This document shows positions 56,358 to 64,000 of a stretch of 64,000 nucleotides of DNA, piece by piece (position 1 is the first letter of the stretch; the number at the start of each line of letters is the position of its first letter). The translations under genes were made by a program, and so were the position numbers. The notes beneath the pieces are model-generated. The model worked only from the letters and a program-made list of their open reading frames with translations. It was not told the DNA's origin and searched no databases. Where the stretch lies: positions 7,279-71,278 of the forward strand of contig JBHLMI010000002.1 of the NCBI GenBank assembly GCA_048938295.1. Reading direction: 5' to 3'. This DNA comes from Promethearchaeota archaeon (lineage in GTDB: Archaea; Asgardarchaeota; Hermodarchaeia; Hermodarchaeales; Hermodarchaeaceae).

Positions 56358-58304
56358 TTATTTTGAACGGCGTTGACGAACGAGAATAATAACTCCCACC
56401 AACACCGCAGCTGCAACAACTCCCCCTATTGCTAAGGGGATGAGAGCGCCAGGGAATAGACCCAAGAAAATAAAGTCCAATTGGTATTGACATACTAGAA
56501 GCCTTTCGGGATCAAGTGTTAGTTGTACAGGTGATGCTGAAAGTAAAAGTTCATGAGTTGTAATTGATTGTGCCTCCATCCAAACCCAAGCTATGTCAGA
56601 AGACAAACCAAAATTGACACTAACTGGTACTCGTAAACGTACTGGTGTTGGTTGGTATTGCTGCAATTGAAAGGTAAGGACCCAACCGGATTCATTCTGT
56701 TGGAGGGTATAGGCACCAATTCCCAAAGTGATTACTCCACTCCCATAAATCCAAGGATTGAAAAACCAGTCCAGTGATTCACCTATTGCCACTTCAAATA
56801 GATCTTGGAGTGAATGGGTTCGGATATTCTGGTGGATGGTTTCAGAGTAGATGTACTGCCACGCTTCATAGAAGGTCTGGTTTCCAAGTTGGTGACGTAA
56901 CATATCAAGTAGGAGGGCGCTTTTTGCATAGACGATGCGTCCATAGGCATACCAATCGGCGGTTTGCCAGTAGGCCATGGATTGGTTGACGCTTTTATCG
57001 CCTTCAGAATCCACGTAGTCCCAATATTGGTCTAGGTCAGTTTGACGATAGTTCATCCTTTCAACCAGACCATAGCTGTATTCTATCCATACATATTCGG
57101 TGAAGGATGCAAACCCCTCATCGATCCATGGTTCTGTATAACTGTCTGTACCTATTGTGAAAGGAATCCATTCATGCCCAATCTCATGAGCAGTAACATA
57201 GGCTAGCGAAGAGAGCCCTTCGGGATTCCAATACAAAGGGAGTCCAATCATGACGAGCTGGGGATATTCCATGCCACCTGCCCAAATGTCAGCCTCCACA
57301 ATCGCTAGACTTTCCCACGGGTAGGGGCCGAAAAGGTTCCCATAAATTTCCAAGCATTGCTCGGCCACTTCAAGAACACGTGCACCAGCGAGAGAGTGAT
57401 CTGCAACATAATAACTGGTGACATTGATGCCCTGTGTGAGTAGGCTTGCGGTGTCATAATTAGGGCTTGCACACCAAGTAAAATCACGAACAGGACCTGT
57501 TGTGAAATGCCAATCCTTTGTGGTTGTATCAGCTTGAATGGATTGCAGCTCCCCTGTTGCAGCCACTATATAATCAGCTGGAACCGTGACTGTCACATTA
57601 TAGGTTGCGACATCACAGTAGAAGCTTTCTCCCATATGGGAGTAGGGCTTGGTATCCCAGCCTCGGTCATCGTATACAGCAACGATGGGGTGCCAGTTAC
57701 CCATATTGTATGCGAGGAAATCGAAGGGATCAGTACGATTCAACCATCCAAACCGGTCCCCGCTTTCAGGCACTGTCACTTGCCAATCAATCGTCAAGGT
57801 CACAATCCCATTGGGGAGTAATAGTCCCGGTCCTGAACCCCCAACCAAATCCACTGCTAAGACTGTTTGATCTATTCCTGCAATGGTATATCCCAGAGGT
57901 TGGCCAGTGTACATAACATCAAAGATTTCCATTCCACCCTCGGGCAGAAAGGCGTTCGGGTATAGATGGAAGTATAATTCCGAGAATGCCACCTCTGCAT
58001 GGTTTACGTACGTGATAATAGTGTGTCCAGTTACATTGTGGCTCCAATCCTGCAGAAATGCAGTAATTGTGTAGTTTGTGATGGGTGATGGAGCGCCCAT
58101 TAGAGCACGAGAAGCAGACTCCCCCTTATCAACAGCTAGCAGGGATGCAGAATCTGGACTATTCTTACTAGTAAGGATTTGGGGCCGGTTAATATCCTGT
58201 GCAAAAGATGAAGTATCTGTAAGCGAGCTTGTGGGATTTATAACCACTGACACAAAAGTGCAAAGAAGACTCAGTATGATTAGATTTCGTAGCCGCAATG
58301 GCAT
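56358..58304 (-). CDS. M1 family zinc aminopeptidase, secreted with C-terminal membrane anchor
   Basis: HEIGHEW ... WIDEGFASFTEY (HEXXH-18-E). GGMEYP exopeptidase motif. N-terminal signal. C-terminal FPGALIPLAIGG..TM..RQRRSK. Confidence 0.8.
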   Translation of the reverse strand: MPLRLRNLIILSLLCTFVSVVINPTSSLTDTSSFAQDINRPQILTSKNSPDSASLLAVDKGESASRALMGAPSPITNYTITAFLQDWSHNVTGHTIITYVNHAEVAFSELYFHLYPNAFLPEGGMEIFDVMYTGQPLGYTIAGIDQTVLAVDLVGGSGPGLLLPNGIVTLTIDWQVTVPESGDRFGWLNRTDPFDFLAYNMGNWHPIVAVYDDRGWDTKPYSHMGESFYCDVATYNVTVTVPADYIVAATGELQSIQADTTTKDWHFTTGPVRDFTWCASPNYDTASLLTQGINVTSYYVADHSLAGARVLEVAEQCLEIYGNLFGPYPWESLAIVEADIWAGGMEYPQLVMIGLPLYWNPEGLSSLAYVTAHEIGHEWIPFTIGTDSYTEPWIDEGFASFTEYVWIEYSYGLVERMNYRQTDLDQYWDYVDSEGDKSVNQSMAYWQTADWYAYGRIVYAKSALLLDMLRHQLGNQTFYEAWQYIYSETIHQNIRTHSLQDLFEVAIGESLDWFFNPWIYGSGVITLGIGAYTLQQNESGWVLTFQLQQYQPTPVRLRVPVSVNFGLSSDIAWVWMEAQSITTHELLLSASPVQLTLDPERLLVCQYQLDFIFLGLFPGALIPLAIGGVVAAAVLVGVIILVRQRRSK

Positions 58305-58405
58305 ATCACCGATTCAGGATTCTTTGTAGAATATGATAAGAAAAAGTATTCGAAGGGAGCAATAGCGCCCTTCAAAAGATAATTAGAAAAAGATGCAATT
58401 CTAAA

Positions 58406-58555
58406 TCAGGCGTCTTCGGGAACAGCTGGAAATTCATACCCACAATTGGGACACGCAATGGCTCCGCATGCACGGGCCATCATGCAGCCGGCACACCCAG
58501 TGGCCTGAGTTTTTTCGAATTTTCGACCACACATTGGACATTGGTATGTTGTCAT
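58406..58555 (-). CDS. Small zinc-ribbon protein downstream of feoB
   Basis: MTTYQCPMCGRKF..CAGC..CPNCGYEF. The track ORF is N-terminally over-extended into feoB. Confidence 0.45.
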   Translation of the reverse strand: MTTYQCPMCGRKFEKTQATGCAGCMMARACGAIACPNCGYEFPAVPEDA

Positions 58556-58620
58556 GATGTTGTTCCTCCTTAAGGGGGTTTTATTTGTTATGGGTCTAAA
58601 CACCGTTAACCTTTTGAAGC

Positions 58621-60840
58621 TTATGGAAATCCCAGACCGAGCATGATGTAGTTGGCAACTCCGCCGAGGAAGAAGGCTAAAATAATGGTTGAGGTTGCGA
58701 GGATGAGAGTATATTTCCATCGATATTCGCGGAACAATACTGCGATCGTGGCAATACATGGAATGTAAATTGTAGTTACGAGGGCAAAGACGAACATTTG
58801 ACGTGTGGTCATGAAGGTATTGATGGGACCATTCGCCAAAATAACCAAGAGTTCAACAGTGAGTTCTTTGCGAAGAACGCCGTAAACGAGGGCAGCAGCG
58901 ACTTCTGGAGGTAACCCGAGCCATCCGACCACTAGCGGTGCGGTCCATAGGCTGACCACATGGAGATAAGAGAACTCAGGGGTTGGGAAGTAAAGTAGAA
59001 GTCCTAGTACTGCACCTCCGATGATGATGAGAGGAAGCGCGATGTAAATGAATTCGCGGAATCGAAGCCAGGTCTTTTTGATGGTGGGCTTGAGTCGTGG
59101 AGCGCGTAGGGGTGGAATTTCCATGACGAGCCCATGAGAAACACCTGGGAGTGTATTTTGGAGTAAGGCACCTAGGCCAATGATAATCCCAAAAACAATG
59201 GCGAGAATGATAAAGGCTAAGAAGATCGAGGCATATAAGCCAACGGTGCCAAGAATTACTGCCAGCTGAGCTGAACAGGGAACGAGAACGACGAGAAAGC
59301 CTGCGATGAGGCGTTCACGGCGTGTGGAAAGTATACGCGTCGCTAGAACAGCGGGTACGTTACATCCCATACCTGTCAATAGGGGAATGATTGCGCGACC
59401 ATGAAGACCAAATCGGTGCATGAAGGCATCTAAGAGGAAGGCGATACGTGCCATGTATCCGGTATCTTCGAGGATAGAGAGGATGATGTAGAATGTGGCT
59501 ACGAATGGGACAGCGATGAATAACCAGGCTTGGATGCCTAAGACTAAACCATAATAGAGGATAACTTGAACGATGGTCGAGGGAAGATAGGTGGTGATGA
59601 GGTATTCTGCTGTTGGATTGATGAACACTTCCCAGAACTCACCAACCGTCGCATCGAATATAGCGCCTGCAGCAAACATAAGGAGGAGTGATCCAATAAG
59701 GACCAGAAAGGCAATTGGAAGGCCAAAAATCCGATCTGTGAGTATGGCTGAGATTCTTTCCGTGAGCGGTACACGTTTACCTTTTCCATGCTGAACCTGC
59801 TCGGTGAGATAGACGGCATATTGTTGGCGTTTTTCACCCAGTATGAGAACGATGTCTCCTTCAAATTCCTCTTCGATTTCCGTTCGAATCGTTTTCACGA
59901 GGGTAAGGGCTTCTTCGGATTCAAGGCTATTTTCAATGCAGGTGGCACACTGAGCGTATTCTTCGAGTAATTGTTGAGAAAGGATACGAAGGGGAAGGTT
60001 CATTGGGCAGAGTTGCATTTGAGTTAGGCGTTGTTCTAGTCTTTGCAGTTTTGCTTCGATACCATCAGGAAACAAGAACTTCCGCGGATTTTGTTGAGCC
60101 CCCTTATAGACACCATTTTTGGCGGCAATGCGGAGAAGGAGTTTCAGATTTGTCCCCTGGGTTGCCACGGTGGGTATAACAGGAACACCTAGCAGCGCTT
60201 CAAGTTTCTTTTCATCGATTTCGATGCCCATCCGTCGGGCTAAATCCACCTGGTTTAAGCATACGACAAGGGGGATTTTAAATTCGAGTAAGGCAATGGT
60301 GAGAAGCAGATTACGAGGAAGGTTGGTTGCATCAACGACATTAACAATGACATCGGGTGTGTCTTGTTGTAGGTATCGGAGTGTAACTTTTTCGTCTTCT
60401 GTTGAGGGACTAACGATTGTATACGAACCAGGCAAATCGACAATATCGAGTTGCACACCCTCAGTAGCCTCATCAAAATCTTTCAGTGTCCACCTCCGAA
60501 AGTGCTTACCGATTCCTCTCCAGTGTTGACGACGACCATACCTTCCTTTTCGAAAAAGTCTGTCATCCTGTTGGAATTCATCTTCCTCTATTGATTCCCA
60601 GTCTTTGAGTCCTGGACGCCATCGTGGAGAGTAGACCTCATGATAGGAGAGAAAGACCGTCCCTTCAAGGATTTCCACTGTTGTTCCTGGGTAATTGGAG
60701 ACTATAGCCCCTAGCCCCGTCCAGTAGTTGAAGATCACACTCTTTCCAACATTCGGTTGACCCACTAAGGCAATCCGTAAGCGACTCGGTTCAGGGAATT
60801 GCCTCTTATAGCGAAACTTCCGTTTGCGTGGGCCCTTCAT
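58621..60840 (-). CDS. feoB: Ferrous iron transporter FeoB
   Basis: N-terminal G-domain (IALVGQPNVGKSVIFN, DLPG), GDI-like region, two gate-motif membrane halves, 739 aa. Confidence 0.85.
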   Translation of the reverse strand: MKGPRKRKFRYKRQFPEPSRLRIALVGQPNVGKSVIFNYWTGLGAIVSNYPGTTVEILEGTVFLSYHEVYSPRWRPGLKDWESIEEDEFQQDDRLFRKGRYGRRQHWRGIGKHFRRWTLKDFDEATEGVQLDIVDLPGSYTIVSPSTEDEKVTLRYLQQDTPDVIVNVVDATNLPRNLLLTIALLEFKIPLVVCLNQVDLARRMGIEIDEKKLEALLGVPVIPTVATQGTNLKLLLRIAAKNGVYKGAQQNPRKFLFPDGIEAKLQRLEQRLTQMQLCPMNLPLRILSQQLLEEYAQCATCIENSLESEEALTLVKTIRTEIEEEFEGDIVLILGEKRQQYAVYLTEQVQHGKGKRVPLTERISAILTDRIFGLPIAFLVLIGSLLLMFAAGAIFDATVGEFWEVFINPTAEYLITTYLPSTIVQVILYYGLVLGIQAWLFIAVPFVATFYIILSILEDTGYMARIAFLLDAFMHRFGLHGRAIIPLLTGMGCNVPAVLATRILSTRRERLIAGFLVVLVPCSAQLAVILGTVGLYASIFLAFIILAIVFGIIIGLGALLQNTLPGVSHGLVMEIPPLRAPRLKPTIKKTWLRFREFIYIALPLIIIGGAVLGLLLYFPTPEFSYLHVVSLWTAPLVVGWLGLPPEVAAALVYGVLRKELTVELLVILANGPINTFMTTRQMFVFALVTTIYIPCIATIAVLFREYRWKYTLILATSTIILAFFLGGVANYIMLGLGFP

Positions 60841-60861
60841 TCTTCAATCTACCTCGTGGTG

Positions 60862-61605
60862 TTATTCAACCACTTCATGACGGACCCGGACTCGTTTGGC
60901 AAGGTCATAACTCAAAGCAAATTGAGCAGTTCCTACTTCAATGAGAAGTGTATCCCCTATAGGCGAAATCTGAACTACACGGACTGTTTCACCCGGAAGC
61001 ATCCCCATTGAAGACATCATCCGCAACAAGTCAATGTTCTCGTCGCTGATACAATCGATGACAGCCGATTCACCTTGCCTCATATCAGCCAATGTATTTT
61101 GAGGGAGAGGAGTCACGGTTCCATCCAATTCCGGTATGGGATTTCCGTGCGGACAGGTGGCTGGATCATCTAGTTTTTCGAGAACTTTATTACACAACGC
61201 CGGTGTTAGTAAATGCTCCCATTCACACGCCACATCATGGGCTTCCTCCCAGCTTACACCCAACAGGTCAACAAGAAGGCGTTCGGCGATTCTATGCCGA
61301 CGAAGAACATCCAAGGCGAGTTTACGCCCTTTCGCTGTAAGGCGAACACCCTTATTCTTTTCATATTTCAGATAGGATTTTTCAGCTAGCTTTTGCACCA
61401 TCTGCGTCACGCTAGCTGGCTTGACATTCAAAACTTCAGCAAGCTCACCTGTTTTAGCATACTTGTCATTATTCTGAAGCAATCGAAAAATCGCTTCGAG
61501 ATACTCTTCAATGTTAGCACTGGGAATATCGTATTTCAAAGCTCGTGAAGTTTCTTTAGTTTCTTCTCTTTTGACTACTGGTTGGGTTTGTGAAGCAGGA
61601 GTCAT
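60862..61605 (-). CDS. DtxR/IdeR-family metal-dependent regulator with C-terminal FeoA/SH3-like domain
   Basis: N-terminal wHTH (..ELAEVLNVKPASVTQMVQKL..), metal-binding helices, C-terminal FeoA-like (..GETVRVVQISPIGDTLLIEV..). Confidence 0.8.
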   Translation of the reverse strand: MTPASQTQPVVKREETKETSRALKYDIPSANIEEYLEAIFRLLQNNDKYAKTGELAEVLNVKPASVTQMVQKLAEKSYLKYEKNKGVRLTAKGRKLALDVLRRHRIAERLLVDLLGVSWEEAHDVACEWEHLLTPALCNKVLEKLDDPATCPHGNPIPELDGTVTPLPQNTLADMRQGESAVIDCISDENIDLLRMMSSMGMLPGETVRVVQISPIGDTLLIEVGTAQFALSYDLAKRVRVRHEVVE

Positions 61606-61612
61606 GTTTCAA

Positions 61613-61630
61613 ATTTAGGTGTGCCTAAAT
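61613..61630. promoter_or_regulatory. Perfect 7-4-7 palindrome ATTTAGG-TGTG-CCTAAAT between the TATA-like element and the start codon of the DtxR-family gene; candidate iron-box operator
   Basis: Read directly. TTAGGT half-site resembles the DtxR/IdeR box. On the - strand the order is TTATAT (61634-61629), palindrome, 7 nt, ATG. Confidence 0.5.
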
Positions 61631-61669
61631 ATAAGTCTTTACTTCGTATAAGTAATCATAAATTCATCA

Positions 61670-62641
61670 TTAAATTAATCCTAGGACTTGGGCACACATC
61701 AGAAAATACAGGACCAAAGAGCGTACACCCCCCCAGCGTTCAGCAACCAATTCGACATCAGAACGCCTAGCAGGCTTACCCTTCAAATACAACTGAGAGA
61801 TGATCTGTCGAATACCCAAATCGTCGGTAGGAAATACCTCCAACCGGCGTACCCCTGTTAATACCGCAAGTTCTGCAGTCCACTTCCCAATACCTGGAAG
61901 ACTGTCCAATCTTTCAATAATCGTGCTCGTCTCTAATTCAGCTAACTCATCTAACCGTAAATTACCAAACGTCAACTCCTCGAATAGGTTAACCAAATAA
62001 GGGGCTTTAAACCCGAGCTTGCATTCACGGAGTCTCGCCTCAGATAAGGCTGAAAGGCCTTCAAGGGTAGGGAATCCAAATAATTGCTCCTCCCCGAGTT
62101 GACAACGCGGACCATAGTCTACAACCAACCTTCGAGTGACCTGGTTTGCAGATCGAAAGCTAACTTGCTGCTGTAAAATCGCCTTCACAAGGGCTTCAAA
62201 GAAAGTTGGATGACTGAAAGGCCGTAACCCTTGGAGCGGCTTGTGTAGATAGGCGATAATTGGGTCTTTTTTGATTGCCGTAAGCACTGGGCTCGTATCA
62301 ACATCCCAGCCCAACATCCGTTCAATCGCTGTGATAATCGCTCCATGATTTTTCCCAAACTGAGCAGGCCATTGCACTTGGAGGCGAGGCCGTTTTCCTT
62401 GATTGAGCTGAAGAACACGGACTGGTATGATTTGATCATCGAGGGGGATGCAACGGGCAAATTCACCAGGTTTCTTAAGTTCTGGGGTCGGTTGCACATC
62501 AGGATACACCCAGCAATCAACAGTCACATCGAGATCAAAGGACTTATCAAGCTCAACTTGGAAGCCATGAATTTCTGACATTACTCCATCAACACCCCCG
62601 AGGGCTAGATGGCATATTTTACTGTATGCCTCTCCCAGCAA
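61670..62641 (-). CDS. HhH-GPD DNA glycosylase (AlkA/3-methyladenine glycosylase II-like)
   Basis: C-terminal helix-hairpin-helix GPD segment (..LPGIGKWTAELAVLTGV..RRLEVFPTDD..) with an AlkA-like N-terminal domain. Confidence 0.7.
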   Translation of the reverse strand: MLGEAYSKICHLALGGVDGVMSEIHGFQVELDKSFDLDVTVDCWVYPDVQPTPELKKPGEFARCIPLDDQIIPVRVLQLNQGKRPRLQVQWPAQFGKNHGAIITAIERMLGWDVDTSPVLTAIKKDPIIAYLHKPLQGLRPFSHPTFFEALVKAILQQQVSFRSANQVTRRLVVDYGPRCQLGEEQLFGFPTLEGLSALSEARLRECKLGFKAPYLVNLFEELTFGNLRLDELAELETSTIIERLDSLPGIGKWTAELAVLTGVRRLEVFPTDDLGIRQIISQLYLKGKPARRSDVELVAERWGGVRSLVLYFLMCAQVLGLI

Positions 62642-62755
62642 TGAAGGACAAGGAGTTTGTCATATCGGTTGATATGGCTTGTTGGACAACTGTCCACAAC
62701 ACATTTATTCTTGTAATTCATCCTTCTACTAAACACTCTGGAGTGTGAATACGGC

Positions 62756-63136
62756 ATGGCCATGTTGGGTGTTCAACGAATCATGACCGGACAAAACGTG
62801 GAAGCCAACGATGTGATGCACTGCTTCCTTGGTCTACGAAGCCTCGAAATCGACGTGTACTTTTATCTACTCAAGGGTCGGGCTACCGTCAAAGAGGTCG
62901 CAGAAGCTCTCGGAAGAAACCGGAGTACGGTCCAACGAGCCATCCAAAACCTTGTGCAGCGTGGATTTGCTCATCGTAGAACACGTACACTCCGCAAAGG
63001 CGGATACGTATATTTATATGAAGCAGTAAGTCTAGCGACCATGAAGGATCTAATCAAAGCCGCCCTTGATTCGTTTTACAAGCAAATCGAAGAATTCTTA
63101 GACCAATATTGGGCTGAATCAACAAAACCCATTTAA
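62756..63136 (+). CDS. Winged-helix transcriptional regulator (TrmB/MarR-like)
   Basis: ATVKEVAEALGRNRSTVQRAIQNLVQRGF is an HTH. Confidence 0.6.
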   Translation: MAMLGVQRIMTGQNVEANDVMHCFLGLRSLEIDVYFYLLKGRATVKEVAEALGRNRSTVQRAIQNLVQRGFAHRRTRTLRKGGYVYLYEAVSLATMKDLIKAALDSFYKQIEEFLDQYWAESTKPI

Positions 63137-63255
63137 CCGGTTGTGTTCAGATGTGGCACTACCGACACCTTTATATGATGACTCTACCACACCCTCCTCG
63201 AAGCTGCAAGAGAAGGATAAACACCTTCATGCAGTAAAATGGACGGTGAAATATA

Positions 63256-63483
63256 ATGGCATCCATCGGCTGCCCTTTTTGTTCAAAAGTAGGAATTATT
63301 ATGGTCATAACTGGCCTAACATTCATCCTACTCAGCGTGACAGTCGTCCTTCCATGGCTAGCCATCATTGGACTCATCTTCCTGATTGCGGCCTACATCG
63401 TCCCCGGATTTGTGAGTAGAAAAAGCTGCCACAATGAAGGCGGCGCTAATCCCTCACATAACCATGGAGAGGAGGATTCATAA
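63256..63483 (+). CDS. Small membrane protein
   Basis: 75 aa with two TM helices. Its stop overlaps the thioredoxin start. Confidence 0.3.
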   Translation: MASIGCPFCSKVGIIMVITGLTFILLSVTVVLPWLAIIGLIFLIAAYIVPGFVSRKSCHNEGGANPSHNHGEEDS

Positions 63484-63902
63484 TGACTGATACCTCCGAT
63501 CCAGAACTTACACGATTACGTGAACAAAAACTCAAGGAGTTACAACATACAATGGCAACACAATCTAAAACCCCAACTCAACCCCAAGGTAAGGTAATCC
63601 ACCTATCTACACACGACTTTGACCAAACCATCAGCCAAGGTGTCACCCTTGTTGACTTTTTCGCTGAGTGGTGTGGTCCATGCAAAATGATGGCCCCTGT
63701 CGTAGACAAACTAGCGCAAGAATATGCGGGCCTAGCGAAGGTTGCAAAGGTAGATGTTGATCACAATATTGAAATCGCGATGCGATATCGCGTGCAAGGC
63801 GTACCCACTTTCGCTGTCTTTAAAGATGGCGTGATGGTGCACCGTATTGTTGGTGGCGTTGGCTATCAGCCATTGAAAACCGCTCTTGATACCTTCCTTT
63901 AG
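63483..63902 (+). CDS. trx: Thioredoxin
   Basis: WCGPC active site with thioredoxin-fold length; about 40 aa N-terminal extension. Confidence 0.85.
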   Translation: MTDTSDPELTRLREQKLKELQHTMATQSKTPTQPQGKVIHLSTHDFDQTISQGVTLVDFFAEWCGPCKMMAPVVDKLAQEYAGLAKVAKVDVDHNIEIAMRYRVQGVPTFAVFKDGVMVHRIVGGVGYQPLKTALDTFL

Positions 63903-64000
63903 AGGCTATCCTTTCTTTTATTTAAGCAGTCAGCTCTAAGCCTTTTGCGTGACGCGTTGGCATCGTTGACTGCGATTTTTTCTTTTAATAAAAGGAATAT

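Noticed and set aside
60862-61605. Treating the DtxR-FeoA architecture itself as a novel fusion
   Set aside because: The C-terminal SH3-like domain of DtxR/IdeR regulators is a FeoA-type fold, so this is the standard family architecture. Only the operator palindrome is reported as a finding.
1-64000. CRISPR arrays, tRNA/rRNA genes, transposases, integrases, phage genes
   Set aside because: I scanned the ORF-free stretches (13825-14367, 17323-17888, 19893-20179, 28338-28716, 46970-47183, 48906-49132, 54209-54630, 56119-56357). I found no regularly spaced direct repeats and no GC-rich cloverleaf-like segments. No ORF carried recombinase or transposase motifs (DDE, tyrosine or serine recombinase).

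Overview
This 64 kb window reads as an archaeal chromosomal segment with dense coding, short intergenic gaps and genes overlapping by 1-4 nt. I could not support any rRNA, tRNA, CRISPR array, transposase or integrase call. The clearest lineage clue is a small GTPase at 3290-3838 (- strand) carrying essentially the full eukaryotic Rab motif set. Its minus-strand neighbours are a longin-fold protein, an AAA+ ATPase with a winged helix, a coupled pair of small proteins and a 402-aa all-helical unknown. Together with an SCP2 protein, a membrane-anchored RING/PHD-like zinc finger and a proline-repeat zinc-ribbon protein, this suggests an Asgard-type archaeon. The rest of the window is mostly housekeeping and accessory metabolism. 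It includes a BMP-family nucleoside ABC importer operon with purine-salvage genes (a phosphoribosyltransferase, adenine deaminase, an eIF-2B-family sugar-phosphate isomerase). It also includes exported hydrolases: a GH38 alpha-mannosidase, a GH35-like glycosidase with an altered signature, a phospholipase D-family protein, a legumain-like peptidase and an M1 aminopeptidase. Further along are peptidases, transporters (paralogous ArsB/NhaD permeases, two MFS), a RACo-like corrinoid activator, a CinA-like protein, a radical-SAM protein, an iron locus (DtxR/IdeR-type regulator, FeoB, zinc ribbon), a DNA glycosylase and thioredoxin. The iron regulator has a perfect palindromic operator candidate in its promoter. 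The most interesting unexplained item is the Rab-like GTPase neighbourhood at 2044-7068. All calls come from reading motifs in the supplied translations and sequence; no database searches were possible.
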